Shown: piece after piece, positions 52,875-64,000 of the stretch
How positions within the stretch are numbered: the first letter of the stretch is position 1
Layout: the number at the start of each line of letters is the position of its first letter
Assembly: GCA_002269645.1 (NCBI GenBank)
Contig: NIVC01002836.1
Span: 62,001 to 126,000 of the forward strand
Direction of reading: 5' to 3'
DNA: 64,000 bases
Origin: Macrostomum lignano
Lineage: Eukaryota
The notes under the pieces: model-generated
Database searches by the model: none
The model's input: only the letters and a program-made list of their open reading frames with translations
What the model was told of the DNA's origin: nothing
Made by a program: the position numbers and the translations under genes

Positions 52875-53655
52875 TGGGTAGGCTGCCTGGGTTGAAACGC
52901 GATTGAAACGCTCTACATTTGTCCGCCGTCACTGTCTATGGTTGAAGCATATTTCAATTATATTCAATTCATCACTTATAGCCACTGTATATTTCACTGC
53001 CAACAAACACAAGACCAAACACAACAGGAATGAAACACGAAGTAAACGAAATAATCCAGTAAATAACGCTTGGAAGCCCAAAATGATATGTGGCTGGAGA
53101 GTTCATCAATAGTTACCTCAATAGTTTTTTGAATCTCAATAACAGATATTTTTTGAAGCGCTTCACATGGAGAGCGGTTTGATCCGTGGTCGATTTGCGT
53201 TTGGCAGCCACTTCGACGTCTTGCACAGCAGCTTCCTCTTCTTCCGTCAGTTCCCGCAGAAGCTCGGCATTATTCAGAATGCTTGGATTGGACAATTCTG
53301 CGTCAATCAACTCCTGCTGTCTTACGGTCACACCGGTCCACTGACTAACTTCTTCACCAGGATCACGATGTCATTCATTCAAACTCAATCTCATTCATTT
53401 CTAAACCGCTAATATCTTCCTCTAGTATTGATTCCCAGTGAAACATGGCTAATTCCGAACCTTAAAGCTGTTTAAATCTTATTTTCTCTCCCACCCACCA
53501 AGAGAAGAATGCTTCAAACTCTATTTGGGTTTCAACCATAGACAGTCTCCGCGGACTGCGAAACCGCCACGAAGCATATAGCTAAAGCTTTTTCAACCAT
53601 AGACAGTTTCTGTGGACGTGAAACCGCGTTGTGCGTCCGCGCTTCAGCCTACCCA
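52875..53655. mobile_element. Non-autonomous inverted-repeat element, 781 bp
   Basis: TIR TGGGTAGGCTG/CAGCCTACCCA with TA on both sides; 15-bp subterminal inverted repeat CTGTCTATGGTTGAA (52932) versus TTCAACCATAGACAG (53531, 53592). Confidence 0.7.
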
Positions 53656-53661
53656 TAACAC

Positions 53662-53728
53662 TAATATGGACTGGCTGTTCGGACTGAAATGAACTGAAAC
53701 GCCGAGGCCAGCCAGCCAGTCCATATTA
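53662..53728. mobile_element. 67-bp hairpin mini-element
   Basis: Perfect 16-bp inverted repeat TAATATGGACTGGCTG/CAGCCAGTCCATATTA. Confidence 0.55.
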
Positions 53729-53736
53729 ATATATTA

Positions 53737-54650
53737 TTCCTTTTTGCGGCCTAGTTGGCACTGCAAGCTCTCAATCTAATCATAGATACGGAAATCAGGC
53801 TTGCGAGACTGAAATTTTCTGTCTATGGTCGACACTCGTTGGCATAGCGGAGTTCAATTTAATCCTGGGGGCATCAATTTGGTCATTCTAATCATATAAC
53901 GTTATATATCCAGTTCTATAACACAAGTCGTTTACTTATCATTGAGAAAATGTAAAACAGAACAATACAATAAACAAATAAAAAGCTTTAGCGTCGGATG
54001 TAGTCGAGTCAGGCTGGAATAAACCTCAGCATCTGCCGGTACCAGCCTCCGCATTTTGCAACGGTCACTTCACGGGTTGGGTCCTCTGCAACCCTCTGTA
54101 GGACAAGGATTCGCCACTCTCGTAGCAAATGACCATCAGGCGGAGTGTCCAGCTCTTCTTGCAGTTGTGGTTGAGCCAGCTGGCTTTTGTCTGCCTTCAG
54201 GCAGGCGTGCGCGGTTCTCCACAGGATTGAGGAATGGCGAATATGGAGGCGATGTCACCAGGCGCCAAGCGGGCTGAAATTGATCTGGGATGTCACTCCA
54301 TGATGAAAACGGACGTCATCCATGATCATACAGACTCCTCGCCATCAGGTACATCACCACGACTCGTCACGCTTTGCACCAGATCATTGATGAACGTCTG
54401 GAACCTGACTGCCGTCATAGTCTCTCCGAAGATCATATGATGTAAAAACAAATTAAAAACAGGTTTCGCTGACAGAAAAAATGTGCATTGAATTCATAGA
54501 ATGATCAAATTGATGTCCCCAGGATTAAATTGAACTCAGCTATGCCAACGAGTGTCGACCATAGACAGAGAATTTCAGTCTCGCAAGCCTGATTTCCGTA
54601 TCTATGATTAAATTGAAAGCTTGCAGTGCCAAGTAGGCCGCAAAAAGGAA
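53737..54650 (-). mobile_element. Internally deleted Tc1/IS630-like element with 154-bp TIRs
   Basis: Near-identical inverted repeats 53737-53890 and 54497-54650, TA on both flanks. The minus strand carries frameshifted DDE remnants IMDDVRFHH (about 54324-54301), PPYSPFLNPVEN (about 54250-54215) and VTVAKCGGWYRQMLRFIP. Confidence 0.85.
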
Positions 54651-55981
54651 TAGCTACTAAAATATATAATGATTCAGAGAAGCGTCTGGTAAAGAAAAAA
54701 ATTTTTTAGAAAAAAATCAGGCGCTCAAATTCTTTAAGTTTTCATTCGGATTTTTGACATTTTTTCAGCTATATAGATTTCGTCTACTGACATCAGTAGA
54801 GCGCGCCGGGTGTGGCAAATAAATTTTGCGATAGGCGTAAAAATCTGCCGCCATTTGTGACGAAGAAAATTTGAACGATGAACTGCAGATAAAAATCTGA
54901 GTTTAGAATGTTTTGCACCGAAAATTCGTACGAAAAGCATCGGAATTGCACCAATTAAGGGCAATAAAGGTGTATAGGTTAATTTTAAATCAGCACAATT
55001 TATGCTAAACTGTGATGTTATTATCTACCTACAGCAGGTCAGTTTGGGTTCACCAAAGCTTGACTGTCCCCGAAGGATGAAAAGTTTTTTGTTTATCTTC
55101 TATTCAGCTGTTCAGATTGCGAATTCAAATGCATACTGAATGTTGCTGTTTACAAATACGATGAGATTTTTGTTGCAATTAAAGGTGTGAATCGTTTAGT
55201 TGTGTAAAATACGATCACATGACTGCCCCTGGAACTGCAGCATGGTGTGCTGCAGCAATTTTGACCTCTAAAAACTGTTCTGCAGCCTTTATCTGTCAGC
55301 TGACTCACAGCTGCTGGTAAGATTTCCAGGGCCCTGCTAGGATTAACAGGAGAAATCGGCATGCTCGATGGAATTTGGACCGAGGTGCGCCATTTTTAGC
55401 TCCATTATCGATTAAAAATTCCAACTTGAGGGTTGGTTATTTCTCAACCGATTTTGTCTATGGCCGAACTCTATTCAGTGCCCCACAACAGTTGAACTAA
55501 AATTCATGCCGCAGAAAAATGTCTAACTCAGTAACAAAATAGGTCAATTATTTTGCATGACTATGAACGATTAGTACGAAATGAATTCGTCAACAATGGA
55601 TTTAATATGAAGAAGTGCGGATTAAGAAATGTATTTTTTAAACAAAATCGACTTAAATGATTGTCGATGCGAACTCTCGTACTATTGAAGGTCTTGAGCA
55701 AGCGAATTTTTTTGTTCAATGTTTTACCCGTTTGAGCTTGAGCACTTGCCTAGCGCTGTTTTTTTGGCTTTAATCTGTAGTTTAAGCTATAGTTTATTAT
55801 TGACATTGATTATAAATTTGTTTTACTTGCCAAACTCTGCTTCAAGGATGCAATTTTTAGCGTCTATAATCGTGCTCACAGCTAAAGTAAGGGGCAATCT
55901 GGATTGATCAGCATTGCAATGAACGGTCAGTGTGAGTTTTTTCATTTGCGATCGACAGAGTCTGTCCAGTAATCCGTCTCG

Positions 55982-58900
55982 TCATTCGCCAGTGCGTCGG
56001 CAGCGCAGTCGGGCACTCTGGCCGCAGCCGCTGGCGCCGCACTGGCACTCCTGCGCGGCTGGGTGCGCGCTGTCTCGCGCCAGTCTGTCGGCAAAGGAGC
56101 GCGCGAAAAGCGTCGCCTGGCTGCCGTACTGGCGCCGGCGCAGGTAGCGCAGGTCGAAGGCGGCGCCGCCGCTGCCGGCCGCCAGACGGGCGCACTTGCC
56201 GGTGGGCAGGCGGGTGAAGCCGCGCAGCACCGCGCTGCCCTCCGGCGCCTCGGTCGAGAAGGCGCGCCCGGCGTCGACGCCGAAAGCCTGCGACCGACGG
56301 CCGTAGGCGAAAGTGGGCAGGCGCAGCTCGGCCAGCAGGTGCAGCCGGACTCCGGACTCGTCCAGGGCGCGTCGTACCGACTGCAGCGTCCGGCGGCCCT
56401 CGTGGCACTCGTCGCAGGTCACGAGGATCACATGACGGGCTGCGTGTGGCCGGAGTTCCGGGAAGCGAGCCGCCAGCCGGACTGCGTCGAGAGCGTCGGC
56501 GCGGGCTTCGGCGCCAGCGTCGGCGATGTCATGGGTCTCAACGGCGGCTAGCGCGGCGGCCAGCTGGTCGGCGCTGCCGGTCAGTTCGCCGGCCATGGTG
56601 TGCCAGTGCGGCCGGGCGCTGGATCCGCGCCTGTGGTGCGCCGGGTTCCCGAAGCCCAGCAGGCCGAAGCGGACGTCAGAGACGCCGGCGGCGACCAGGC
56701 TGCTCCGCATCTGGACGGCCAGTTCCGGCAGGCGGCGCACGGTGTCGCGGCCAAGACAGCCGCGCTCCTCCAGCACGATCACAACGTCGGCCGCTGTCCC
56801 GGTGGAGCTGATGCGCTCTCGCTGGCCGGCCAAGAGCTGACGAAAGCCAGTGCCAGAGCGGAGATCGCAGCGAGTGCACTGGGCGGGCGCCTGCAACCCC
56901 CTGAAACCCTTGGCGGCGCAGTGGCGCATGTAGGCCACGGCTGCCAAGCAGGTCTGCTGGCCTCCGGAGCGACGCTCGTGCGCGCAGATCTCCATAAACG
57001 GCGCCGGATTTACCAGGCCGAAGCAGCGTCGGAACGGAGAGCGAGACGCGACGAACAAGCGCTCGCATTCTGGATGAGGCCGCTCACCGGCTCCGCGTCT
57101 GCGGCTGCCACTGGCCAGGTTGGCGTGGCGGCAGCGGCCAAGTCGCCAAGATCGGGTGAAGCGCAGCAGGTCTTCGCTTCGTTGGCCGTTGCTCTCCGTC
57201 AGATCGTTGAACGCCTCATTGTCGAAGTTGCCCAGCAAGCCTCCAAGCCGAGCGTGGTACCAGCCGGACACGCTGATCGTGTGCGAGTTCGACTCGGGGT
57301 CTACAAAGATGGTAAACAAGTGTCCAAGATCCTTGGCGTGCAGTCCAGAGGCGGTGCGCACAATGCTGAGGTTTCCAACGCTCAACGGAAGCTCCTGTTT
57401 AACGCCATCCACCAGCACGTGCAGCTTCGGCGTCACCGTGACGCGCTTTCCGTACGCGTAGACATCCAGGCTCTTGCCGGACCGACTGTAGGTCATGGTC
57501 ATCGCCCAGCTGCGGCCGCGGAAGTCCCTAGTCAGCAGGTAGGTGCACTCGCTGCCGCGGAAGTCGAAGTGCCGCCCGTCGAATGTGACGATGTGGTCGC
57601 CAATCACAGAGGCGACGCCCTTGAACTTTGGAATCCAGGAGCCGGACGGCATGTCAAAGTCTGGGATGGCATCGTAGACGACGTCTCTCGCGGCGGCGAG
57701 CTTGCGCCGAACGGTGTTGTAGGAGTTGCGAAATGAGTTGTAGCTGGCGGAGAGCCGGCTGTGGACATCCTCAGACCGGATGATGGCAGCGACTGCAGAT
57801 CGTTCCACGCCATCGGGGAGTAAACTTGAGCCTCAAATCGGCCTTGCTGGATGTCCTTCTCGATGATGACATTTTTAGACAAGCCTAGGTAGTCGGTAGC
57901 CAGTCCGATGGAGTTTTGACGGAGATACTCCACAGCCTGCAGGTAGTTGTCCTTCGCAAAATCCTTCAGATTCTGCTCGATGTTGAAGTGATCTAGGAAC
58001 CACTTTGACTGTTCGTACGCTCCGGAAACCAGAGAGCTGGCTAGTTGTGCATGTCGGTTCTCCATGAAGCCGTTCAGGCTTTGGCGCATGTGGAGCTGGG
58101 CGCTGCCGATCATGCTGGCCGTGTGGTCCGTCAGCTGGCCGAATCGACTCTCGATGTTCCGGTGAGCTGTGAGAGCTACAGAGTGCAGTTGTGACGGGAG
58201 CTGGCCAAATGACTGGTAGGTCACGAACTGTACCGACCTGGCAACTCGCCTGTGAAGCTGCTGAACCATCGGATGGCCAACAACTTTGCTGTGAAAGCTT
58301 GAGTAGGCGCTCAGAGTTGCCTGTAGTCCGCTGTGCGCAGCATCTAGAGCTGGCCGAATAGTGTCTACGGCCGCATTAACATATCGCAGGGTGTGGCGGT
58401 TCAAGCTGGCGTAGACGCGGTCCGAATGCATCCGGTACATTCTGTAGGCGCGGTTTATCCCGCCTTTGCACCAGCTGTAGTGCTCCCTGGCCATTCTGTG
58501 CAGCTGTCCGCCATAGTAGCGCGCTCCGGCTATTGCCCGGCTCATGTGCGGGTGAATGTGCGCCCGGTAGACCTGGCTTGTCCGGGCATAGCTGTACCTG
58601 GCCGCGGCGGAAGTGTAGAAACCAACGGTAGCCGCAGTTTTGCGAACAAACTGACAGATGTCACGGCTGTAGAACTCGTTGCGCGAATACATCTGCTCAA
58701 ACTGCTCATTCATGTAGGCCACATCGCGATGCATGGATCGCAGCTCCTCGCTGGCAAAGTCGGCAGCACTGCTCAGGTCAGGAAGCACGATGTCGCTGCT
58801 CAGCTTAGCCAGTAGGTCTCGCACGCAGGAGAATCGCAGAGATCGCACAAAGCCGCTTACTTCAGCGTACATCGATGGCAGCCGGTCTCGCAGTGTCGAA

Positions 58901-61900
58901 TAGTGCAGCAGGGCATAGGTCGGGTTCCAGTGCACGCGGGTTCTTATCAGATTCCTGGTCTTCATTTGTACTTCGGCCAACAGGTGCTGCATCTTCACCT
59001 GGTTGGTTGTGCGGTGGATATCAATTCTCAAGTGCCTGCTGTTGGGGTACCCGATGGCGGCAGAAACGCGGTCGTTCTGTCGCGGCTGATAAATGAACTC
59101 CAGATCAGGCTTGTCCGGTCGAATTAGCAGCTCGAAGCTCTTGCCATGAGTGGTTAGAGTGTACTTTTTCAGCTCGGGCTGCTCGTCGCGGGTCAGTTCA
59201 AAGCTGCACTGTCTGTTTGGCGATGTCATTTCGAGACGAACTCCGTTTGAGCTGATCCTCAGGGCTGCGTTCATGCGCTTGCTCTGCCCATCGGAACCAG
59301 CGTATTCGAGAGACAGGACGCCTTCGCTCTGCATATCCGTCTTTTTTAGCCGACCGCCGAACTTTACGTTGACCTTGCCGCTGTCCTGGAAGAGCCTACC
59401 AGAGATTTGAATCGTTTTCAGAGCGACCCGAGTTCCTTGCAGTTCCAGCACGATCGTGTCCTGCCTGTTGTCTGTGATATCAACTTCGAGGCGATTTGAG
59501 AAAACAACTTGGCGCTCGTTCATCAGCGAAGTGAAGAGAATCGAATACGGCTTCTTATTAGCGACCTGGAGCCGAGCTTGCCAGCGAGTTTCTTGTTCGG
59601 CTTGAATGAGCTGCCCATCTTGACTCGGATCACCTATCGCTGGAGGACCTGCCCGCGTCGTAGTCAAGGCTGGCGCTCAGCTGCGCTTCCTCCTGCGACT
59701 TCTCCATTTCGATGGACGTCTCCAAGCGTCTTGTAGGCAGTGCCAGAGAAATAGTAGCTGAAGCTGCCTTCTTCAGGTAGTCACTCTTGTTCACGGTACG
59801 GATCGTCAATACTAGCGGCGCGGTCGTCGGCTGGTCAGGCGTAAACTCTAACTTAAAATCGAATCCCCTGGGCGCAATCTTGACCTCTCTGCTCAGGGCG
59901 ACAGTCCGGTAGGGTGTTCGCAATTTCACGAAGGACTTGCCGCTCAGGCTGTAGTCATTCTTCTGAACTTGAGCGTTTAGGTGAAAAGGAACCGCATCTC
60001 CGTTAGTGATCTTGAGCTCCACAATTCTGACGTCGCCGAGGCTAAGCCTATAGTTGACTGTTACAGGCTGCGTAATTTCCATACTGATCACGCCTTGCTC
60101 CCGACTGCTGTTGATGCTCAGCCGGTGCCATCTCTGGTCGTCAACCACAAGACTGGATGAGTGCTTAAAGAGGCCGTCTCGGAGACCATGACCGATCTCG
60201 ATCTTAGCGTTCCTCATCGAGCTCATAGATGTCTCAATCTGCACAGTTCCATCCACCTGGGTTCCGAGACCATTGTAGTTCAATGTGCCGATGGCAGAAA
60301 TCTTGACGAAATGACCGTGAGGCAGCTTCACAAGAATGCGCAGTCGCGACCTTGATTCCTCCTCGTCGGCAATAATCTTCAGGCCGACTTTCTCAAAGCC
60401 TGCGAATGGAGTACTGGCTCGTAGGTTCAGAGTCGTGGACGTCATGTTGCAGGCTAGGCTGATTTCCTGACCGTTTACAGCAGCAGCGAAACGGCCAGAC
60501 TGGTCATTGTGGATCAAAGTCAGCTGAAGCTGTCTGAACCCGGCATGCGGAGTCTCCGCCTTCCAGCTGACGATCCCACGAGGAATTTCAGTTGTTCTCG
60601 GTTCTTTCACGACGTTTAGCGAGGTCGAGTAGCGCAGGCTATTTGCTTCAAAGGTGGCGACGGCGGAAAGCTTCCCAGGCAGGTTGCCGGTAAGAGACAT
60701 GACTGTGCTGATCTTGCTGACCGGTAGGAATGGCGTCTGTAGGTCAATTTTGAACATCTTCCTAGCACCAGTGTCGATTTCGAGCTTGCACTGTAGAACT
60801 TTCTCAGCGTATTGGATCTCCGTATCGATGCTGACTTTGTTCGGCTGCAGAGTTGGCTGGATCGAGAAGGACAGGTGCGACAACATGGGACAGCTCGATC
60901 TCAAAACGAGGCTGTATGATTTGTCAGCTTTCAAGTGCACAAATGATACATCCATCCAAGAAACAGTGGCTTCCAGTTCCCTGTTTAGCGCAACTTTCAG
61001 AGCCAAGTTTCTCAGCGGAGTAATCTGCTCAGTCAGCCTCATTTCCACAGCCCACTGCGAGGCGGCTGTCACGGCGATTTTGCTTGTGTAGACCAGCGGT
61101 TGCCAGTCGTCAAGGCTCATTGTCAGAATCTGTTGCATCTGGCGCCAGCTCTCACCAATTTGCTTAAATTCGAACTCAGCTTTGCGATTCGGCAGAGCGG
61201 CTACCATGTCTGAGTGATCCATGGTGACTTTTAAGACGATATTGTCGATTGATTCGAGTCGAACTTCAACGCTTGTGTCCAGCTTTCCTGACTGAGTGCT
61301 CACCATTCCGGTGTATTCGAAGCTCTTAAAGTTTCCTTCTAGCTTTTTGTTGATTTCGATCTTTCCGTGAGGCGTTTCAAAATTGCCTTTAACGACTAGC
61401 GAGTTCTGGCTGGCCTGAAGCACAGCATTCACCACCAGGAGACGCGGAGACTCCGCTGTGGCAGCTTTCATCTCCAGCGCATAGCAGGTCGGACACGTCC
61501 GCTTCACTGACGCTCCGGCTCCAATGATTTTGTGATAGTAGTTTGACTTGAACCAGGCGGCTCTCTCATTGAGCGAGTTCACGAGCTTCAGGTGGTGGTA
61601 CTTGATGCCTATCGCGCTGTCTTCGTATTCGAGCTTCTCTGGGGTCCAGGAGAAGTTCTTTGTCAGCAGCCGTTCAGCAGCACGTTGAACGATAACGCCA
61701 GACTGCAGGGACACGCCTCGGAGACGATGACCCTCGGCATTGATGCGCCATTCCCCAGCTTCAACTTCGTGCCTCCATTCGTGCCTTCTTTGTTCGTCCA
61801 TTCGATGACTGAAGTCAAGCTTGCAGCCAAGACCCTGGAAGTTCGCTTCTAGGTGCTTTCCGTCTTCGATTTTGAAACTTCCCACGACAGAGTGAGTCTT

Positions 61901-63999
61901 TGTCATCATAGAGAGACTGTGGTGGAAACTAAAGTCTTTGAACGATCGGTGCTGATGAGCCAGACGCAGGCTATTGAATGGAGCCGCGATTTCGACCAGC
62001 TTGTCTTCGCCAGCCAGATTCCAGCGGGCACGAAATTGGAACGGTCCGTTATCACTGAAAGTCAAACTGCTGAGCACTCGTCCTGCGGCAAAGTTCGACT
62101 CGGAAGTCACTTGACCCTCGAAGTTGAAAGACGGCGGCAGAATCGAGGATAAGAGACATGAATCACAAGTCATTCGATGGTCAAAGCTGAAGTCCTGTCC
62201 ACTTCTGTGGGTGTGATGGAGCTTCAGTTGAAAGCTACCCGCATCGACAGTTAGGTTTTTCGCTAATCCTTCCACGTTCCATTGTCCCTTGATCTGCGCC
62301 TCGCCATTGTTCAGGCTCACGGTTCCGACTTTCCACGTGGGACTGGCGTTCAGGACTCCGGTAATATTCTGGGTTCCGCTTGGCAGAATAGCGACGATGT
62401 GGACTCTTCCAGATGTTTCTGTCTCCTTGAAAAACTCGAGCCTTCCGAAAGAGTTGTGGCTGATCTTTAGTGTCTTTCTAGGCGACACGAAATTCCACGA
62501 ACTGCTGATCATCTCACTTTCGGCTGCTTCGTTCTGACCAAGCGTAACTTTCACCTTTCCTTTCCAATCGATTTTGTGCTCCCATGTGAAAATTTTCGGG
62601 CAGCGCTAGATGACAGGCGCGAACTTGCTCTCATGGAAGCCTCGGAGAGCCGAAACAGGACAGCGGGATCATACACCCCACTGGTGCTGAGTTTGCTCAT
62701 GCCCAGGTCGATTTGATGACGATAGTGAATTCGGCCGTCGATTCGTCTGCCACTCAGGTCGATCTCCATACCGTTGAACTTGACGTAAACCTGTCTTGAT
62801 TCGCCAATCAGATCCCAGTTCGAATTGACCTGAACGTCTGCTAGTGGTCCTCCGCTGTGCAAGATTGACACAGTACCATGGCGCCAGCTCCGAATCTTGT
62901 GATCAATAGTTGTCGTAGAATCAACTTGCAAAGGCTCGCTGAGAAAATCGATTTGAGTGGACGTCGGTGCAAAGCGGCTGTTCAGTTTGTACAGGACTAT
63001 CTCGCGAAACTGTGCCTCCGCGCTGACCTGTTCACCACTGATTCTGACCTGATTCCTGAAGAGGCTTGTCTCGTCGCGATGCAAGGTCGTTTCGGCGCTC
63101 AGAACTCGCAACTCCTGGTTTGCTGAAGACTTGTGCAGCACTCTCCATCCGGCAACAACCATCTTAGCGTGGCAACTGTAAGCCTTCCAGCCATTGTGCA
63201 GGTGTTGTAGTTTCAGCTTGAATGGAGAAGCAGCCGCCGACTCCAGCGAAACGTAACTGTCAATCTCTGTGCGATATTCGCTGCTCGAAGAGGGCCTAAC
63301 AACAAAACCGGCTTTAAACTCGTGCTTTTCGTCTCCACGAGTAAGAGTGTAACGGCAGCTAAATTCCTTGATGGACTTGTGCGTGTGCTCCAGGTTAAGC
63401 TGAGTATCTCCAACCCTGAGTTCTCCTCGGACACTCTGGCCATTCAGCTTCCAGTTTCCACCGATTTTGGGAAGTTGGTGACTTCCAGTCTGCTCGAAGC
63501 TGACGGTCCCCTCGCTTCCACTGGTTTCATGTCTCAATCGAGCGTCGGTGTGAAATCCTGTCAAAGCGCTGGAGAACTTCAAACTAGAAGACTTTGTAGA
63601 ATAAGTTCCGGACAAAGTGCCAATATTTGTTGGGCCGCTCTTGTGCCTGATGATGTAGTGCCCAGCACCAATCTTCACTTCGTTCTCGTGATCCAACAGG
63701 TTGAATACGGAGCTGATTTGTTTATTTTTCCAGTGGATGCGACCGGAGTGAGTGGCCGACAGGTCCCCGTAGGCAATTTTTGAGTTCCAAGCCGAGTCCC
63801 CGAAAATCGAGTTGTAGTGGCACTGAACCTCCGCATTAGACGGCTCGGCGAATGGTGTTTCCATTTTGGCACTGACTTCAAGCTGGTGGGTGAAGTCTTT
63901 CTTGTTGGATGCCTTGCGCTCCATTCTGGCGTTCATATCCAGGTAGCTCTTGCCATTGTATTGGATCGAGTGTCTGAGACTGCCGTGCGCCTCACCCAT
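55982..63999 (-). CDS. Large lipid transfer protein (apolipophorin/vitellogenin-like), C-terminal about 2650 aa with vWD and C8-like domains; 5' end beyond the window; frameshifted as given
   Basis: Four abutting ORFs (63999-62551, 62554-59630, 59667-57604, 57808-55982) with long beta-strand-rich segments, a helical segment, then vWD (GDHIVTFDGRHFDF, CTYLLTRDF, GLLGNFDNEAFND), C8-like CFGLVNPAPFMEIC and DVVIVLEERGC. Confidence 0.88.
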
Positions 64000-64000
64000 C

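Noticed and set aside
47960-62620. Programmed -1 ribosomal frameshifting at the lectin and lipid-transfer-protein lesions
   Set aside because: No X XXY YYZ slippery heptamer seen at the junctions; indel error or pseudogenisation is simpler.

Overview
Eukaryotic (animal) genomic DNA: spliced genes with GC-rich exons, about 20 micro/minisatellite arrays (roughly a fifth of the window by my tally) and DNA transposons. The style suggests a repeat-rich invertebrate such as a free-living flatworm (e.g. Macrostomum); this is inference only. Six protein-coding genes were reconstructed by hand with GT-AG sites and consistent exon phases: (1) an S28 peptidase, DPP7-like (minus strand, runs off the left edge); (2) an ataxin-1 AXH-domain gene (minus); (3) ALG5 (plus, 327 aa); (4) a secreted protein with two C-type lectin domains, a (PPTQ)n stalk and a LamG-like domain (minus, one frameshift); (5) an ankyrin-repeat protein whose last exon resembles a degenerate Penelope-type GIY-YIG endonuclease (minus, 403 aa); (6) the 3' 8 kb of an apolipophorin/vitellogenin-like large lipid transfer protein (minus, at least 3 frameshifts, runs off the right edge). 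Mobile DNA comprises an apparently intact 1293-bp DD34D mariner, a decayed hAT transposase, and three back-to-back inverted-repeat elements, one carrying a Tc1/IS630 DDE remnant. Best leads: the ankyrin + Penelope-like GIY-YIG fusion, two consensus RFX X-boxes, an oppositely oriented (foldback-like) minisatellite pair upstream of the ataxin-1 exons, shared cores between distant satellites, and a satellite built of GAAnnTTC units. No rRNA, tRNA or CRISPR array was supported.
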